From the NCBI GenBank assembly GCA_021817245.1, contig JAKAVQ010000004.1, forward strand, positions 115,403 to 179,402: a stretch of DNA of 64,000 nucleotides, in the 5' to 3' direction. Below the pieces are notes generated by a model that did no database searches, was not told the DNA's origin, and was given only the letters and a program-made list of their open reading frames with translations. The translations under genes were made by a program, and so were the position numbers. Positions within the stretch are counted from its first letter, which is position 1. Every line of letters starts with the position of its first letter. The DNA comes from Thermoplasmata archaeon (lineage in GTDB: Archaea; Thermoplasmatota; Thermoplasmata; Lutacidiplasmatales; UBA184). Of the stretch, positions 46,601 through 55,214 are shown piece after piece.

Positions 46601-47071
46601 CGGATCCGGATCCACGGGGACTATCACCTCGGGCAGGTCCTCTGGACCGGCAAGGAGTTCGTGATCATCGACCTCGAGGGGGAGCCGATGCGCGCGTTGA
46701 GCGAGCGGAGGCTGAAGCGCTCCCCGCTGCGGGACGTCGCGGGGATGATGCGCTCCTTCGACTACGCCGCCCGGGTCGGCCTGCGCGGCATCCCGCTCTC
46801 CCCCGACGGCGGACCGGCCGAGCGGGACGCGCTCGGGCGGCTCGCGGACCAGTGGACGGCGTGGGTCTCGGGAGCCTTTCTCCGGGGCTACTGGGCGGCG
46901 TCGGAGTCCACCCCCTATGTGCCGCACGATCCCGAGGAGCGCCGCCTCCTCCTCGGGGCGTTCGTCCTCGAAAAGGCGGTCTACGAGCTCGGGTACGAGC
47001 TGACGAACCGGCCCAGTTGGGTCGACATCCCGCTGCGCGGTCTTCTCCACCTGCTTTCCTCGGAAGGATAG
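43670..47071 (+). CDS. treS: trehalose synthase / maltokinase fusion (TreS-Mak/Pep2)
   Basis: The N-terminal GH13 TreS part has [29 protein letters not shown]...[19 protein letters not shown]. The C-terminal kinase part has [27 protein letters not shown] (maltokinase motif). ATGA overlap with glgE. Confidence 0.9.
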   Translation: [1133 protein letters not shown]

Positions 47072-47083
47072 GAAGAGGGCGGG

Positions 47084-48967
47084 ATGGTCCGGGCGCTCCC
47101 TGAGCCCTTGCTTTCCCGGGCGAGAAGAGCCGGCCTGCTCCCTCGCTACCGGAGCCTCGACAAAGAGGTGCGAGCGCTTCTGCCGGAGACCGCCCGCGCA
47201 CTTCTTTGCGAACTCACGGGTGCGGGGCGCGGTGCCGACCGTCGCGCGAGGACGGGCCGGGCTCCGAGCGGCCGGTCGCCTGCGGCCGAAAGCGCCGCGG
47301 TCGCCCCCCCGGTCCTGCTCTCGCTGTCGCGGAGCGAGCGCCGAGCCCTTGGGGTCCGCGCACCGGGGACCGCCGCCCGACTCTACGTCCGCGAGGAGGG
47401 ATCGCCCACGTGGAGAAGGCTCAACCGCCTACCGGGGGGACGACGGTTCGTGCTGCCGCGCGATCTCGGCCCGGGCTGTCACTCCCTCTCGGCCGATCCG
47501 GAGGGCGCGGGCCTCCCCCAGCTGGTCGTGGCCGGACCCCCGCGATTGCGCGCGCACGGGCCGCGACGGCGGTGGGGGCTCTTCGTGCCGGTGTACGCGC
47601 TTCGGGACCGGGGCACCTGGGGGTGCGGGGACCTCTCCGCCTTCGAGCGCCTCGGTGGCTGGGCCGCCCGGGCGGGAGCCAGCGTTCTCGCGACCCTGCC
47701 GCTGCTGCCGACCTTTTTGGACCGGCCGTTCGACCCGAGCCCCTACCGGCCGGTCAGCCGACGCTTCTGGAACGAGATCTACCTGGACCCCCGCGCGACG
47801 CCCGAGTTCGCCCGGTCCGGCGCGGCCCGAGAGCTCGTGCGCGAGCGTTCCTTCCGCGAGCAGGTCGCCCTCCTCGAAGAGCGGAGCCACGTCGATTTCC
47901 GGGTCGTCGCGCGACTCAAGCGCTCGGTCCTGGAAGCGATGCGCTCCGACTTCCCGAGGAGCGCATCGGCCGCGCGCCGCGGCGCGTTCGCGGCGTTCGT
48001 CCGATCGACGCCCGACCTCGAGGAGTACGCGCGCTTCCGGGCCTTTGCCGAGCGGGGCGGAGAGGGTGCGGCCGAGTACCACCGCTTCGCCCAGTGGCTC
48101 GTCGACGAACAGTTCCGCGCGGTCGCCCGCCGCCTCCAAGGCATCGGCGTCGACCTCTACCTCGACCTGCCGATCGGCGTTCACCCCCGGGGGTTCGACG
48201 TCGCGCACGCCCCGGACACCTTCGCCCGCGGGGTCTCCCTCGGTTCGCCACCGGACCCGGGGGTGCCGGAGGGGCAGGACTGGGGTCTTCCCCCGTGGCG
48301 TCCCGCCGCCCTAGTGCGCTCGGGCTATCGGCCTTGGATCGAGCCGCTCGCGCACCACTTCACCGTAGCCCGATTCCTCCGGGTCGACCACGCACTGGGC
48401 CTCCACCGCCAGTTCTGGATCCCCACCGGCCGGCCGGCGTCGGAAGGAGCGTACGTGCGGTTTCCGGCGCGCGAGCTCTACGCGACGCTGGTCGCCGAAG
48501 CGGCCCGTTTCGGTGCGGAAGTGGTCGGCGAGGACCTCGGGACGACGCCTCCCGAGCTTCGGAGCACGCTCCGCCGACGCGGGATCCTGCGTCTTTACGT
48601 CGCGCAGCTCGAGTGGGACGGGCTCCGCCCCCGGCATCGCGTCCCCGCGGACTCGGTCGCCTCCCTGAACACCCACGACTTCCCGCCGTTTGCAGCCTAC
48701 TGGGACCGCCTCGGGGAACCCGGGCGCGCGGCGGCGCCCGCAGCCGCAGCCTTCCGCACCGCGACGGCGCGCCTCGCTCGGAGTCCCGCGCGGCTCCTGC
48801 TCGTCAACCTCGAGGACCTCTGGGGCGAGATGGCTCCCCAGAACGTTCCGGGGAAGGGGGGGCCGCGGCAGTTCTCGCGACGCTGCGCGGTGGACCTGCC
48901 GACGATCCTCCGTCGCGCGGACTGGAGCGAATGGCTTTGTGCCCTCGACGCTCTGCGGCGGGCGTAG
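47084..48967 (+). CDS. malQ: 4-alpha-glucanotransferase (GH77 amylomaltase) with N-terminal extension
   Basis: WGCGDLSAFERLGGWAARAGASVLATLPLLP, PSPYRPVSRRFWNEIYLD, LYLDLPIGV, GSPPD...GQDWGLPPW and VDHALGLHRQFW are GH77 signatures. Confidence 0.85.
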   Translation: MVRALPEPLLSRARRAGLLPRYRSLDKEVRALLPETARALLCELTGAGRGADRRARTGRAPSGRSPAAESAAVAPPVLLSLSRSERRALGVRAPGTAARLYVREEGSPTWRRLNRLPGGRRFVLPRDLGPGCHSLSADPEGAGLPQLVVAGPPRLRAHGPRRRWGLFVPVYALRDRGTWGCGDLSAFERLGGWAARAGASVLATLPLLPTFLDRPFDPSPYRPVSRRFWNEIYLDPRATPEFARSGAARELVRERSFREQVALLEERSHVDFRVVARLKRSVLEAMRSDFPRSASAARRGAFAAFVRSTPDLEEYARFRAFAERGGEGAAEYHRFAQWLVDEQFRAVARRLQGIGVDLYLDLPIGVHPRGFDVAHAPDTFARGVSLGSPPDPGVPEGQDWGLPPWRPAALVRSGYRPWIEPLAHHFTVARFLRVDHALGLHRQFWIPTGRPASEGAYVRFPARELYATLVAEAARFGAEVVGEDLGTTPPELRSTLRRRGILRLYVAQLEWDGLRPRHRVPADSVASLNTHDFPPFAAYWDRLGEPGRAAAPAAAAFRTATARLARSPARLLLVNLEDLWGEMAPQNVPGKGGPRQFSRRCAVDLPTILRRADWSEWLCALDALRRA

Positions 48968-48976
48968 GTATGTGCG

Positions 48977-50929
48977 ATGGATCCCCGGTCGACTCCGCGG
49001 CCGAAAGGCAGCCCGGCCCCTCCGGCCGGTGCGGCCGTCTCGCGCCTCACTGACTACGATCTGCACCTCTTCAACGAAGGCACCCACCTGCGCCTCTACG
49101 ACAAGCTCGGCGCCCATCCGGCGGGTCCCGACGCGGCCGATGGGGTGTGCTTCGCGGTCTGGGCCCCGAACGCCGAACGCGTGAGCGTGGTCGGGGACTT
49201 CAACGGGTGGACTCCGGGCGCCGATCGGCTCGAGGTTCGGGGTTCCTCTGGGATCTTCGAAGGCACCGTGCGGGGCGCGCGGGCGGGAGAGCGGTACAAG
49301 TACCGTATCCGCTCGCGATTCGGCGGCTACGAGGTCGACAAGGCCGATCCGGTCGGCTTCCGCCAGGAGCTGCCGCCCGCGACGGCGTCGGTCGTCTGGG
49401 ACCTGGCGCACGACTGGAAAGACGGGGAGTGGCTCGAGCGGCGGGGCGAGCGGTTCTCCCGAAGCGCACCGGTCTCGATCTACGAAGTGCACCTCGGGTC
49501 CTGGCGACGGGTGCCCGAGGAGCGGCGTCGCTCGTTGACGTACCGTGAACTCGGTGAGCGGCTGGTCGATCATGTCCGGGACCTTGGCTTCTCCCACGTG
49601 GAGTTCCTTCCGTTGACGGAGCACGCGTTCTACGGCTCGTGGGGGTACGAGCCGACCGGGTTCTTCGCGCCGACCACGCGGTACGGGGAACCCCAGGGGC
49701 TCATGGCGCTGGTCGAGGCGCTGCACCGGGCCGGGATCGGGGCAATCCTGGACTGGGTGCCGGCGCACTTCCCCGCCGACGGCCACAGTCTCAGTTACTT
49801 CGACGGCACGCACCTCTACGAGCACGCGGACCCCCGTCGGGGCTGGCACCCTGACTGGCATACGATGCTCTTCAACTACGGGAGGAACGAGGTCCGGGCG
49901 TTCCTCGGGAGCAGTGCGCTCTTCTGGCTCGATCGGTACCACTTCGACGGGCTGCGGGTCGACGGAGTCGCTTCGATGCTCTACCTCGACTACTCGCGGC
50001 GCCCCGGCGAGTGGGTTCCGAACGAGCAGGGAGGCCGCGAGAACCTCGACGCGGTCCGATTCCTCCGGTGGCTCAACGAGTCGATCTATGCGACGATCCC
50101 GGGAGTGCAGACCGTCGCCGAAGAGTCGACGGCGTGGCCGTCGGTCTCGCGCCCGACCTCGATGGGCGGGCTCGGTTTCGGGTACAAGTGGGACATGGGC
50201 TGGATGCACGACACGCTCGAGTATTTCCGCCACGACCCGGTGCATCGGAAGTTCCACCAGGAGGAACTGACCTTTCGGATGGTCTACGCCTTCCAGGAGA
50301 ACTTCGTCCTTCCGCTCTCGCACGATGAGGTCGTCTACGGAAAGGGCTCCCTCGTGGGTCGCATGCCCGGCGACCCCTGGCAGAAGTTCGCCAACGTCCG
50401 GCTCTTGCTCGGCTACCAGTACGGCCAGCCCGGAAAGAAGCTCCTGTTCATGGGCTCGGAGTTCGGCCCGTGGCGCGAGTGGAACCACGACGATAGCCTC
50501 GACTGGCATCTCGCCGAAGAGCCGATGCACGCCGGTCTCACCGAGTGGGTCCGGACGCTGAACCGGCTCTACCGGGAGATCCGGTCGCTCCACGAGCTCG
50601 ACCACGAGCCTCCCGGTTTCGAGTGGGTCGACCACGCCGATCACGACCAGAGCGTGATCTCTTTCCTGCGGATCGGGAACGGCAGCCCCGAGCGCGTCCT
50701 GGCCGTCTACAACTTCACTCCGGTCCCCCGGGCCTCGTACCGGATCGGCGTGCCCCGGGACGGTCGGTGGGAGCTCCTCGCGAACAGCGACGACGCGGCG
50801 TTCGGCGGGAGCGGTGCAGGTACCCACGGGCCGGTCGCCGCCGAGCCGATCGCCTGGCACGGCCGGCCGTATTCGGTGGTGCTCGACCTACCTCCGCTCG
50901 GCGCCCTCTTCCTCCGCTCGGTGGGGTGA
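48977..50929 (+). CDS. glgB: 1,4-alpha-glucan branching enzyme
   Basis: CFAVWAPNAERVSVVGDFNGW, YEVHLGSWRR, WGYEPTGFFAPTTRYG, ILDWVPAHF and LRVDGVASMLYLDY are canonical GH13_9 GlgB motifs. Confidence 0.93.
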   Translation: MDPRSTPRPKGSPAPPAGAAVSRLTDYDLHLFNEGTHLRLYDKLGAHPAGPDAADGVCFAVWAPNAERVSVVGDFNGWTPGADRLEVRGSSGIFEGTVRGARAGERYKYRIRSRFGGYEVDKADPVGFRQELPPATASVVWDLAHDWKDGEWLERRGERFSRSAPVSIYEVHLGSWRRVPEERRRSLTYRELGERLVDHVRDLGFSHVEFLPLTEHAFYGSWGYEPTGFFAPTTRYGEPQGLMALVEALHRAGIGAILDWVPAHFPADGHSLSYFDGTHLYEHADPRRGWHPDWHTMLFNYGRNEVRAFLGSSALFWLDRYHFDGLRVDGVASMLYLDYSRRPGEWVPNEQGGRENLDAVRFLRWLNESIYATIPGVQTVAEESTAWPSVSRPTSMGGLGFGYKWDMGWMHDTLEYFRHDPVHRKFHQEELTFRMVYAFQENFVLPLSHDEVVYGKGSLVGRMPGDPWQKFANVRLLLGYQYGQPGKKLLFMGSEFGPWREWNHDDSLDWHLAEEPMHAGLTEWVRTLNRLYREIRSLHELDHEPPGFEWVDHADHDQSVISFLRIGNGSPERVLAVYNFTPVPRASYRIGVPRDGRWELLANSDDAAFGGSGAGTHGPVAAEPIAWHGRPYSVVLDLPPLGALFLRSVG

Positions 50930-51061
50930 TCCTTCACGGAGACCACGGCTCCCCTCGGTGCGACGATCTCCCCGTCCGGCGCCGCTCGATTTCTCCTCTG
51001 GGGCCCCCGACTCGATCGCCCCCGTCTCGTCCTCCGCGGTCGCTCGACCGAGCGGGTACCG

Positions 51062-52789
51062 ATGGAGCGGCTACCGAACGGCTACTGGGGCCGGGAGGTC
51101 GACGGGCTGGCACCGGGGACGCGCTACGGCTACGCTTTCGGCCCCGGAGCGGTCGTGCTTCCCGATCCCGCGTCCCGGTCCCAGCCCGAGGGAGTGCACG
51201 GGCTCTCGGAGCTCGTCGCGCCCGAGCGCTTCCGATGGCGCGACGGCGGCTGGACGGGAGTGCCGCAGGACCGCCTGATCTTCTACGAGCTCCATGTCGG
51301 GACGTTCAGTCGGAAGGGCTCGTTCGACGGCGTGGTCGCCGAGCTCGATCGGCTCGTGCGGCTTGGCGTGACGGCTCTCGAGCTTTTGCCGGTGGCCCAG
51401 TTCCCCGGCACGCGGAACTGGGGCTACGACGGCGTTTATCCGTTCGCGGTCCAGTCCTCGTACGGCGGGATCGCCGGGCTCGAACGGCTCGCCGACGCCT
51501 GTCACCGGAAGCGCCTTGCGCTCTTCGTGGACTTCGTGCCGAACCACCTCGGGCCCGAGGGGAACTACCTCGACCGCTTCGGTCCGTACTTCACCGACCG
51601 GTACCGTACGCCGTGGGGAACGGCGCTGAACTTCGACGGGCCGGCCAGCGACGAGGTGCGCCGGTTCTTCCTGGAGGCGGCGACCGGCCTGGTCGAGATC
51701 GCGCACCTCGACGGGCTGCGCGTCGATGCGGTTCATGCGATCGTCGACCCGACGGCCCGTCCGTTCCTCGCCGAGCTCACCGCCGGTCTCCGGTCGATCG
51801 GGACCCGAACCGGGATCCCGCGGCGGACGATCGCCGAGAGCGCCCTCAACGATCCCCGCGTGGCCCGGACGGAAACGGACGGTGGCCTCGGCTTCGACGC
51901 CCTGTGGAACGACGACTTCCACCACGCGCTCCATGTCGCGCTGACCGGAGAGCACGAGGGGTACTTCGTCGACTTTGACGGAGTCCGCGACCTCGCAACG
52001 GTCCTCGCGGAGGGGTTCGCGCTCGCCGGCAGGGTCTCCTCGTTCCGCGGGCGCCGACACGGCCGCCCGGCCGAGGGGCTGCCCGGCGAGGCGTTCGTGG
52101 TGTTCGCACAAAACCACGACCAGGTGGGGAATCGGCCGTTCGGCGAGCGCCTTTCGACCCTCGTTCCCTTCGAGGCGCTGAAGCTCGCCGCCGGGATCCT
52201 TCTCCTCGGTCCGTACCTCCCGCTCCTGTTCATGGGGGAGGAGTACGGCGAGCGGGCCCCGTTCCTCTACTTCACGAGCCATTCCGACCGCCGGTTGGCG
52301 AGGGCGGTGCGGGAAGGTCGGCGGAAGGAGTTCGCTGTCGCGGACGGGGGGCGTCGGCCGCCGGATCCTCAATCCCCGGGCACTTTCGCCCGGTCCCGGC
52401 TCGATCCGACCGTCGCTGCGCGGGGCCGCCCCCGCACGCTGCTTCGCCTCTATCGCCAATTGATCGCGCTGCGCCGCGCGCACGTCGCCGTGCGCCGGCT
52501 CGGGAAGACCGAGGTGGTAACTGGCCCCGATGACCCCACCGTCCTCTCGCTCGTCCGGAGCTCGGCCCCTCCGGGGGCCTCCCTTGCGGTCTTCCACCTC
52601 GGTACCGGGACGGCCCGGGCGCGCGTGGCGGGTCCCTCCGTTCCGCTCACGCTCCGGCTCGCTTCGGCCGACCGTGCGTGGGGGGGGCCCGGCACCGAGC
52701 TCCCGTCCTCGCTCCGGTCGGGTACCGGGGGGACGCTCGCCCTTCCGCCGTGGTCGTTCGCCTTCTATACGGAGAACCCTTCGGAGTGA
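51062..52789 (+). CDS. treZ: malto-oligosyltrehalose trehalohydrolase (first ATG; N-terminal domain homology continues upstream to about 50930)
   Basis: PDPASRSQPEGVHGLSELV, IFYELHVGTFS, NWGYDGVYPFAVQSSYG, DFVPNHLGPEGNY and LRVDAVHAI are TreZ motifs. The 44 codons between the in-frame glgB TGA and this ATG encode LGATISPSGAARFLLWGPRLDRPRLVL, the usual TreZ N-terminus. Confidence 0.85.
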   Translation: MERLPNGYWGREVDGLAPGTRYGYAFGPGAVVLPDPASRSQPEGVHGLSELVAPERFRWRDGGWTGVPQDRLIFYELHVGTFSRKGSFDGVVAELDRLVRLGVTALELLPVAQFPGTRNWGYDGVYPFAVQSSYGGIAGLERLADACHRKRLALFVDFVPNHLGPEGNYLDRFGPYFTDRYRTPWGTALNFDGPASDEVRRFFLEAATGLVEIAHLDGLRVDAVHAIVDPTARPFLAELTAGLRSIGTRTGIPRRTIAESALNDPRVARTETDGGLGFDALWNDDFHHALHVALTGEHEGYFVDFDGVRDLATVLAEGFALAGRVSSFRGRRHGRPAEGLPGEAFVVFAQNHDQVGNRPFGERLSTLVPFEALKLAAGILLLGPYLPLLFMGEEYGERAPFLYFTSHSDRRLARAVREGRRKEFAVADGGRRPPDPQSPGTFARSRLDPTVAARGRPRTLLRLYRQLIALRRAHVAVRRLGKTEVVTGPDDPTVLSLVRSSAPPGASLAVFHLGTGTARARVAGPSVPLTLRLASADRAWGGPGTELPSSLRSGTGGTLALPPWSFAFYTENPSE

Positions 52790-52793
52790 ACGG

Positions 52794-55214
52794 GTGCCTC
52801 GGTACGTCTGTGTCCACGGACATTTCTACCAGCCTCCCCGGGAGAACGCGTGGCTGGAGGAGGTCGAGACGCAGGACGGCGCGGCGCCGTACCACGACTG
52901 GAACGAGCGGATCACCGCCGAGTGTTACCGGCCGAACGCCTGGTCCCGCATCCTCGACAGCTCGGGACGGATCGTGCGCATCGTCAACAATTACGCGAAC
53001 ATCAGCTTCAACGTCGGGCCGACGCTGCTGAACTGGCTCGAGCGCCACGCTCCCGAGGTCTACGCCGCGATCGTCGCCGCCGACCGGACGAGCCGGGAAC
53101 GCTTCTCGGGGCACGGCTCTGCGCTCGCGCAGCCGTATCATCACTCGATCCTGCCGCTCGCCTCGCGCTCGGATAAGGAGCTCCAGATTGCCTGGGGGAT
53201 CCGGGACTTCGAGGAGAGGTTCGGCCGTTCGCCCGAAGGGATGTGGTTCCCCGAGACGGCGGTCGACCTCGAGACGCTGGACCTCGCCGCGGGAGCCGGC
53301 ATCCGGTTCACCGTCCTCTCCCCCTACCAGGCCCGACGGTTCCGTCGCCACGGCACCGAAGGATGGACGGAACCCGGCCCGGGCGACATCCCGACCACCC
53401 GCGCCTACTCGGTCCGGCTGCCGGAGGGTCGGTCGATCTCGGCCTTCTTCTACAACGGGACGATCTCTTCGGACCTCGCGTTCCACGGCTTGCTCCACAG
53501 CGGGAGCGAATTCGCCGACCGCCTCGCGTCGGCGTTCGACCCGGGCCCCGACGACGAGCCGCAGCTGGTCCACGTCGCGACGGACGGAGAGACCTACGGA
53601 CACCACCACCGCCACGGCGACATGGCGCTCGCCTTCGCGCTGGACCGGCTCGCGCACCGGTCGGACCTCGCGCTCACGAACTACGGTGAGTTCCTCGAAC
53701 GGCATCCCCCGACCCACGAAGCGGAAGTGCACTTCCCTTCCTCCTGGAGCTGCGCGCACGGGGTGGGACGCTGGCAGAGCAACTGCGGGTGCAATACGGG
53801 GCTTCGGCCGGGCTGGAGCCAGGCATGGCGCGCCCCCCTGCGGGCCGCGCTCGACGCGGTGCGCGACGAGCTCCGCCCGCAGGTCGCGCGGGCCACCGAG
53901 CCGCTCTTCACCGACCCGCGCGCTGCTCTGCTGGACTACGTACGACTGGTCGCCCACCGATCGACCGAACGGGCGGCCCAGTTCCTCGATCGGCATGCCG
54001 CCCGGACCCTCACATCCGCCGAGGCGACGACCGCGCTCTCGCTGCTCGAGATCGAACGGCAGATCCAGCAGATGTACACGAGCTGCGGATGGTTCTTTGA
54101 CGAGGTCTCGGGGATCGAGACCGTGCAGGTCCTCCAGTACGCCTCGCGCGCGCTCCAGCTGGCCCGCGACGTCCTCGGCCATCCCAACGAGGAGGGGTTC
54201 CGGGCGCTCCTCGCGAAGGCTCCGAGCAACCTCCCCGAGATCGGCGACGCCCGGGCGGTGTACGATCGGACCGTGCGACCGACCGCCATCTCGCTGCGGA
54301 ACGTCTGCGCGCACTACGCGCTGAGCTCCCTCTTCGAGGAGTATCCGGACGTCGCCTCCGTCTACTGCTACACGGTCCGGGGGCTGGAGCGAAAAGGCGC
54401 GACCGCCGGCACCGCCCGTCTCGCCGTCGGCCGGGTCGAGGTCGTCTCCGAGATCACTCTCGAATCGGCGGGGTTCACCTACGGGGCCCTGCACATCGGA
54501 GGCCAGAACCTCTTCGGCGGGGTCCGACCGTTCCTCGGCGTCGGGCCGTTCCGAGCGACCGCGACCGAGCTGCTCGAGGCGTTCGAGCGCGGCGACCTTC
54601 CCGAGACGATCCGCAGGGTCGACTCCAACTTCGGGGAGTCGACCTACACGCTGCGCCTTCTCTTCCGCGACGAGCAGCGCAAGATCGTGGGGTTGCTCTT
54701 CGACTCGATGCGGGACGGGATCGAAGCGTCGTTCCGGAGGATCTACGAGTCGACCGTGCCCATCCTCCGGAACCTCGCTTCCTCGGGCGCGGTGGCGCCC
54801 CCTGCGCTCCGGGCCGCGGCAGAGTTCTACCTGAACGAACTCGTGCGCCGCGCCCTCGACAAGTTCCCTCCCGAGACCTCCCAGGTCGGCGAGCGGCTGC
54901 GCGAGCTCGGGCGACTGAAGCTCTCGGTCGACACCGCAACGATCGGGTTCGCGTGGGCCCGAGCCGCCGAGCGGTTGATGGACGCCACGACCGAGGCGCC
55001 GAGGAACCTTGCGCTCCTGCAGAGCTTGCGCGGGCTGATCGAGCTCGCATCGGCCCACGAGGTCGAGGTCGACCTCTCCCGGGTGCAGAACCGCTACTTC
55101 GAGATCCTCGAGGCCCGCGACCGGACGACCCCCGCTCCCGGGCCGCTCGGCGCCGATGCGTGGGACCCTGAGTTCCGCGCGCTCGGCACCGCACTGGGCA
55201 TCGGGCCCCGCTAG
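52794..55214 (+). CDS. glycoside hydrolase family 57 protein (with long C-terminal DUF3536-like region)
   Basis: GTG at 52794 in track ORF 52530..55214. VCVHGHFYQPPRENAWLEEV, ISFNVGPTLLNWL and TDGETYGHHH are GH57 signatures. Confidence 0.85.
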   Translation: MPRYVCVHGHFYQPPRENAWLEEVETQDGAAPYHDWNERITAECYRPNAWSRILDSSGRIVRIVNNYANISFNVGPTLLNWLERHAPEVYAAIVAADRTSRERFSGHGSALAQPYHHSILPLASRSDKELQIAWGIRDFEERFGRSPEGMWFPETAVDLETLDLAAGAGIRFTVLSPYQARRFRRHGTEGWTEPGPGDIPTTRAYSVRLPEGRSISAFFYNGTISSDLAFHGLLHSGSEFADRLASAFDPGPDDEPQLVHVATDGETYGHHHRHGDMALAFALDRLAHRSDLALTNYGEFLERHPPTHEAEVHFPSSWSCAHGVGRWQSNCGCNTGLRPGWSQAWRAPLRAALDAVRDELRPQVARATEPLFTDPRAALLDYVRLVAHRSTERAAQFLDRHAARTLTSAEATTALSLLEIERQIQQMYTSCGWFFDEVSGIETVQVLQYASRALQLARDVLGHPNEEGFRALLAKAPSNLPEIGDARAVYDRTVRPTAISLRNVCAHYALSSLFEEYPDVASVYCYTVRGLERKGATAGTARLAVGRVEVVSEITLESAGFTYGALHIGGQNLFGGVRPFLGVGPFRATATELLEAFERGDLPETIRRVDSNFGESTYTLRLLFRDEQRKIVGLLFDSMRDGIEASFRRIYESTVPILRNLASSGAVAPPALRAAAEFYLNELVRRALDKFPPETSQVGERLRELGRLKLSVDTATIGFAWARAAERLMDATTEAPRNLALLQSLRGLIELASAHEVEVDLSRVQNRYFEILEARDRTTPAPGPLGADAWDPEFRALGTALGIGPR

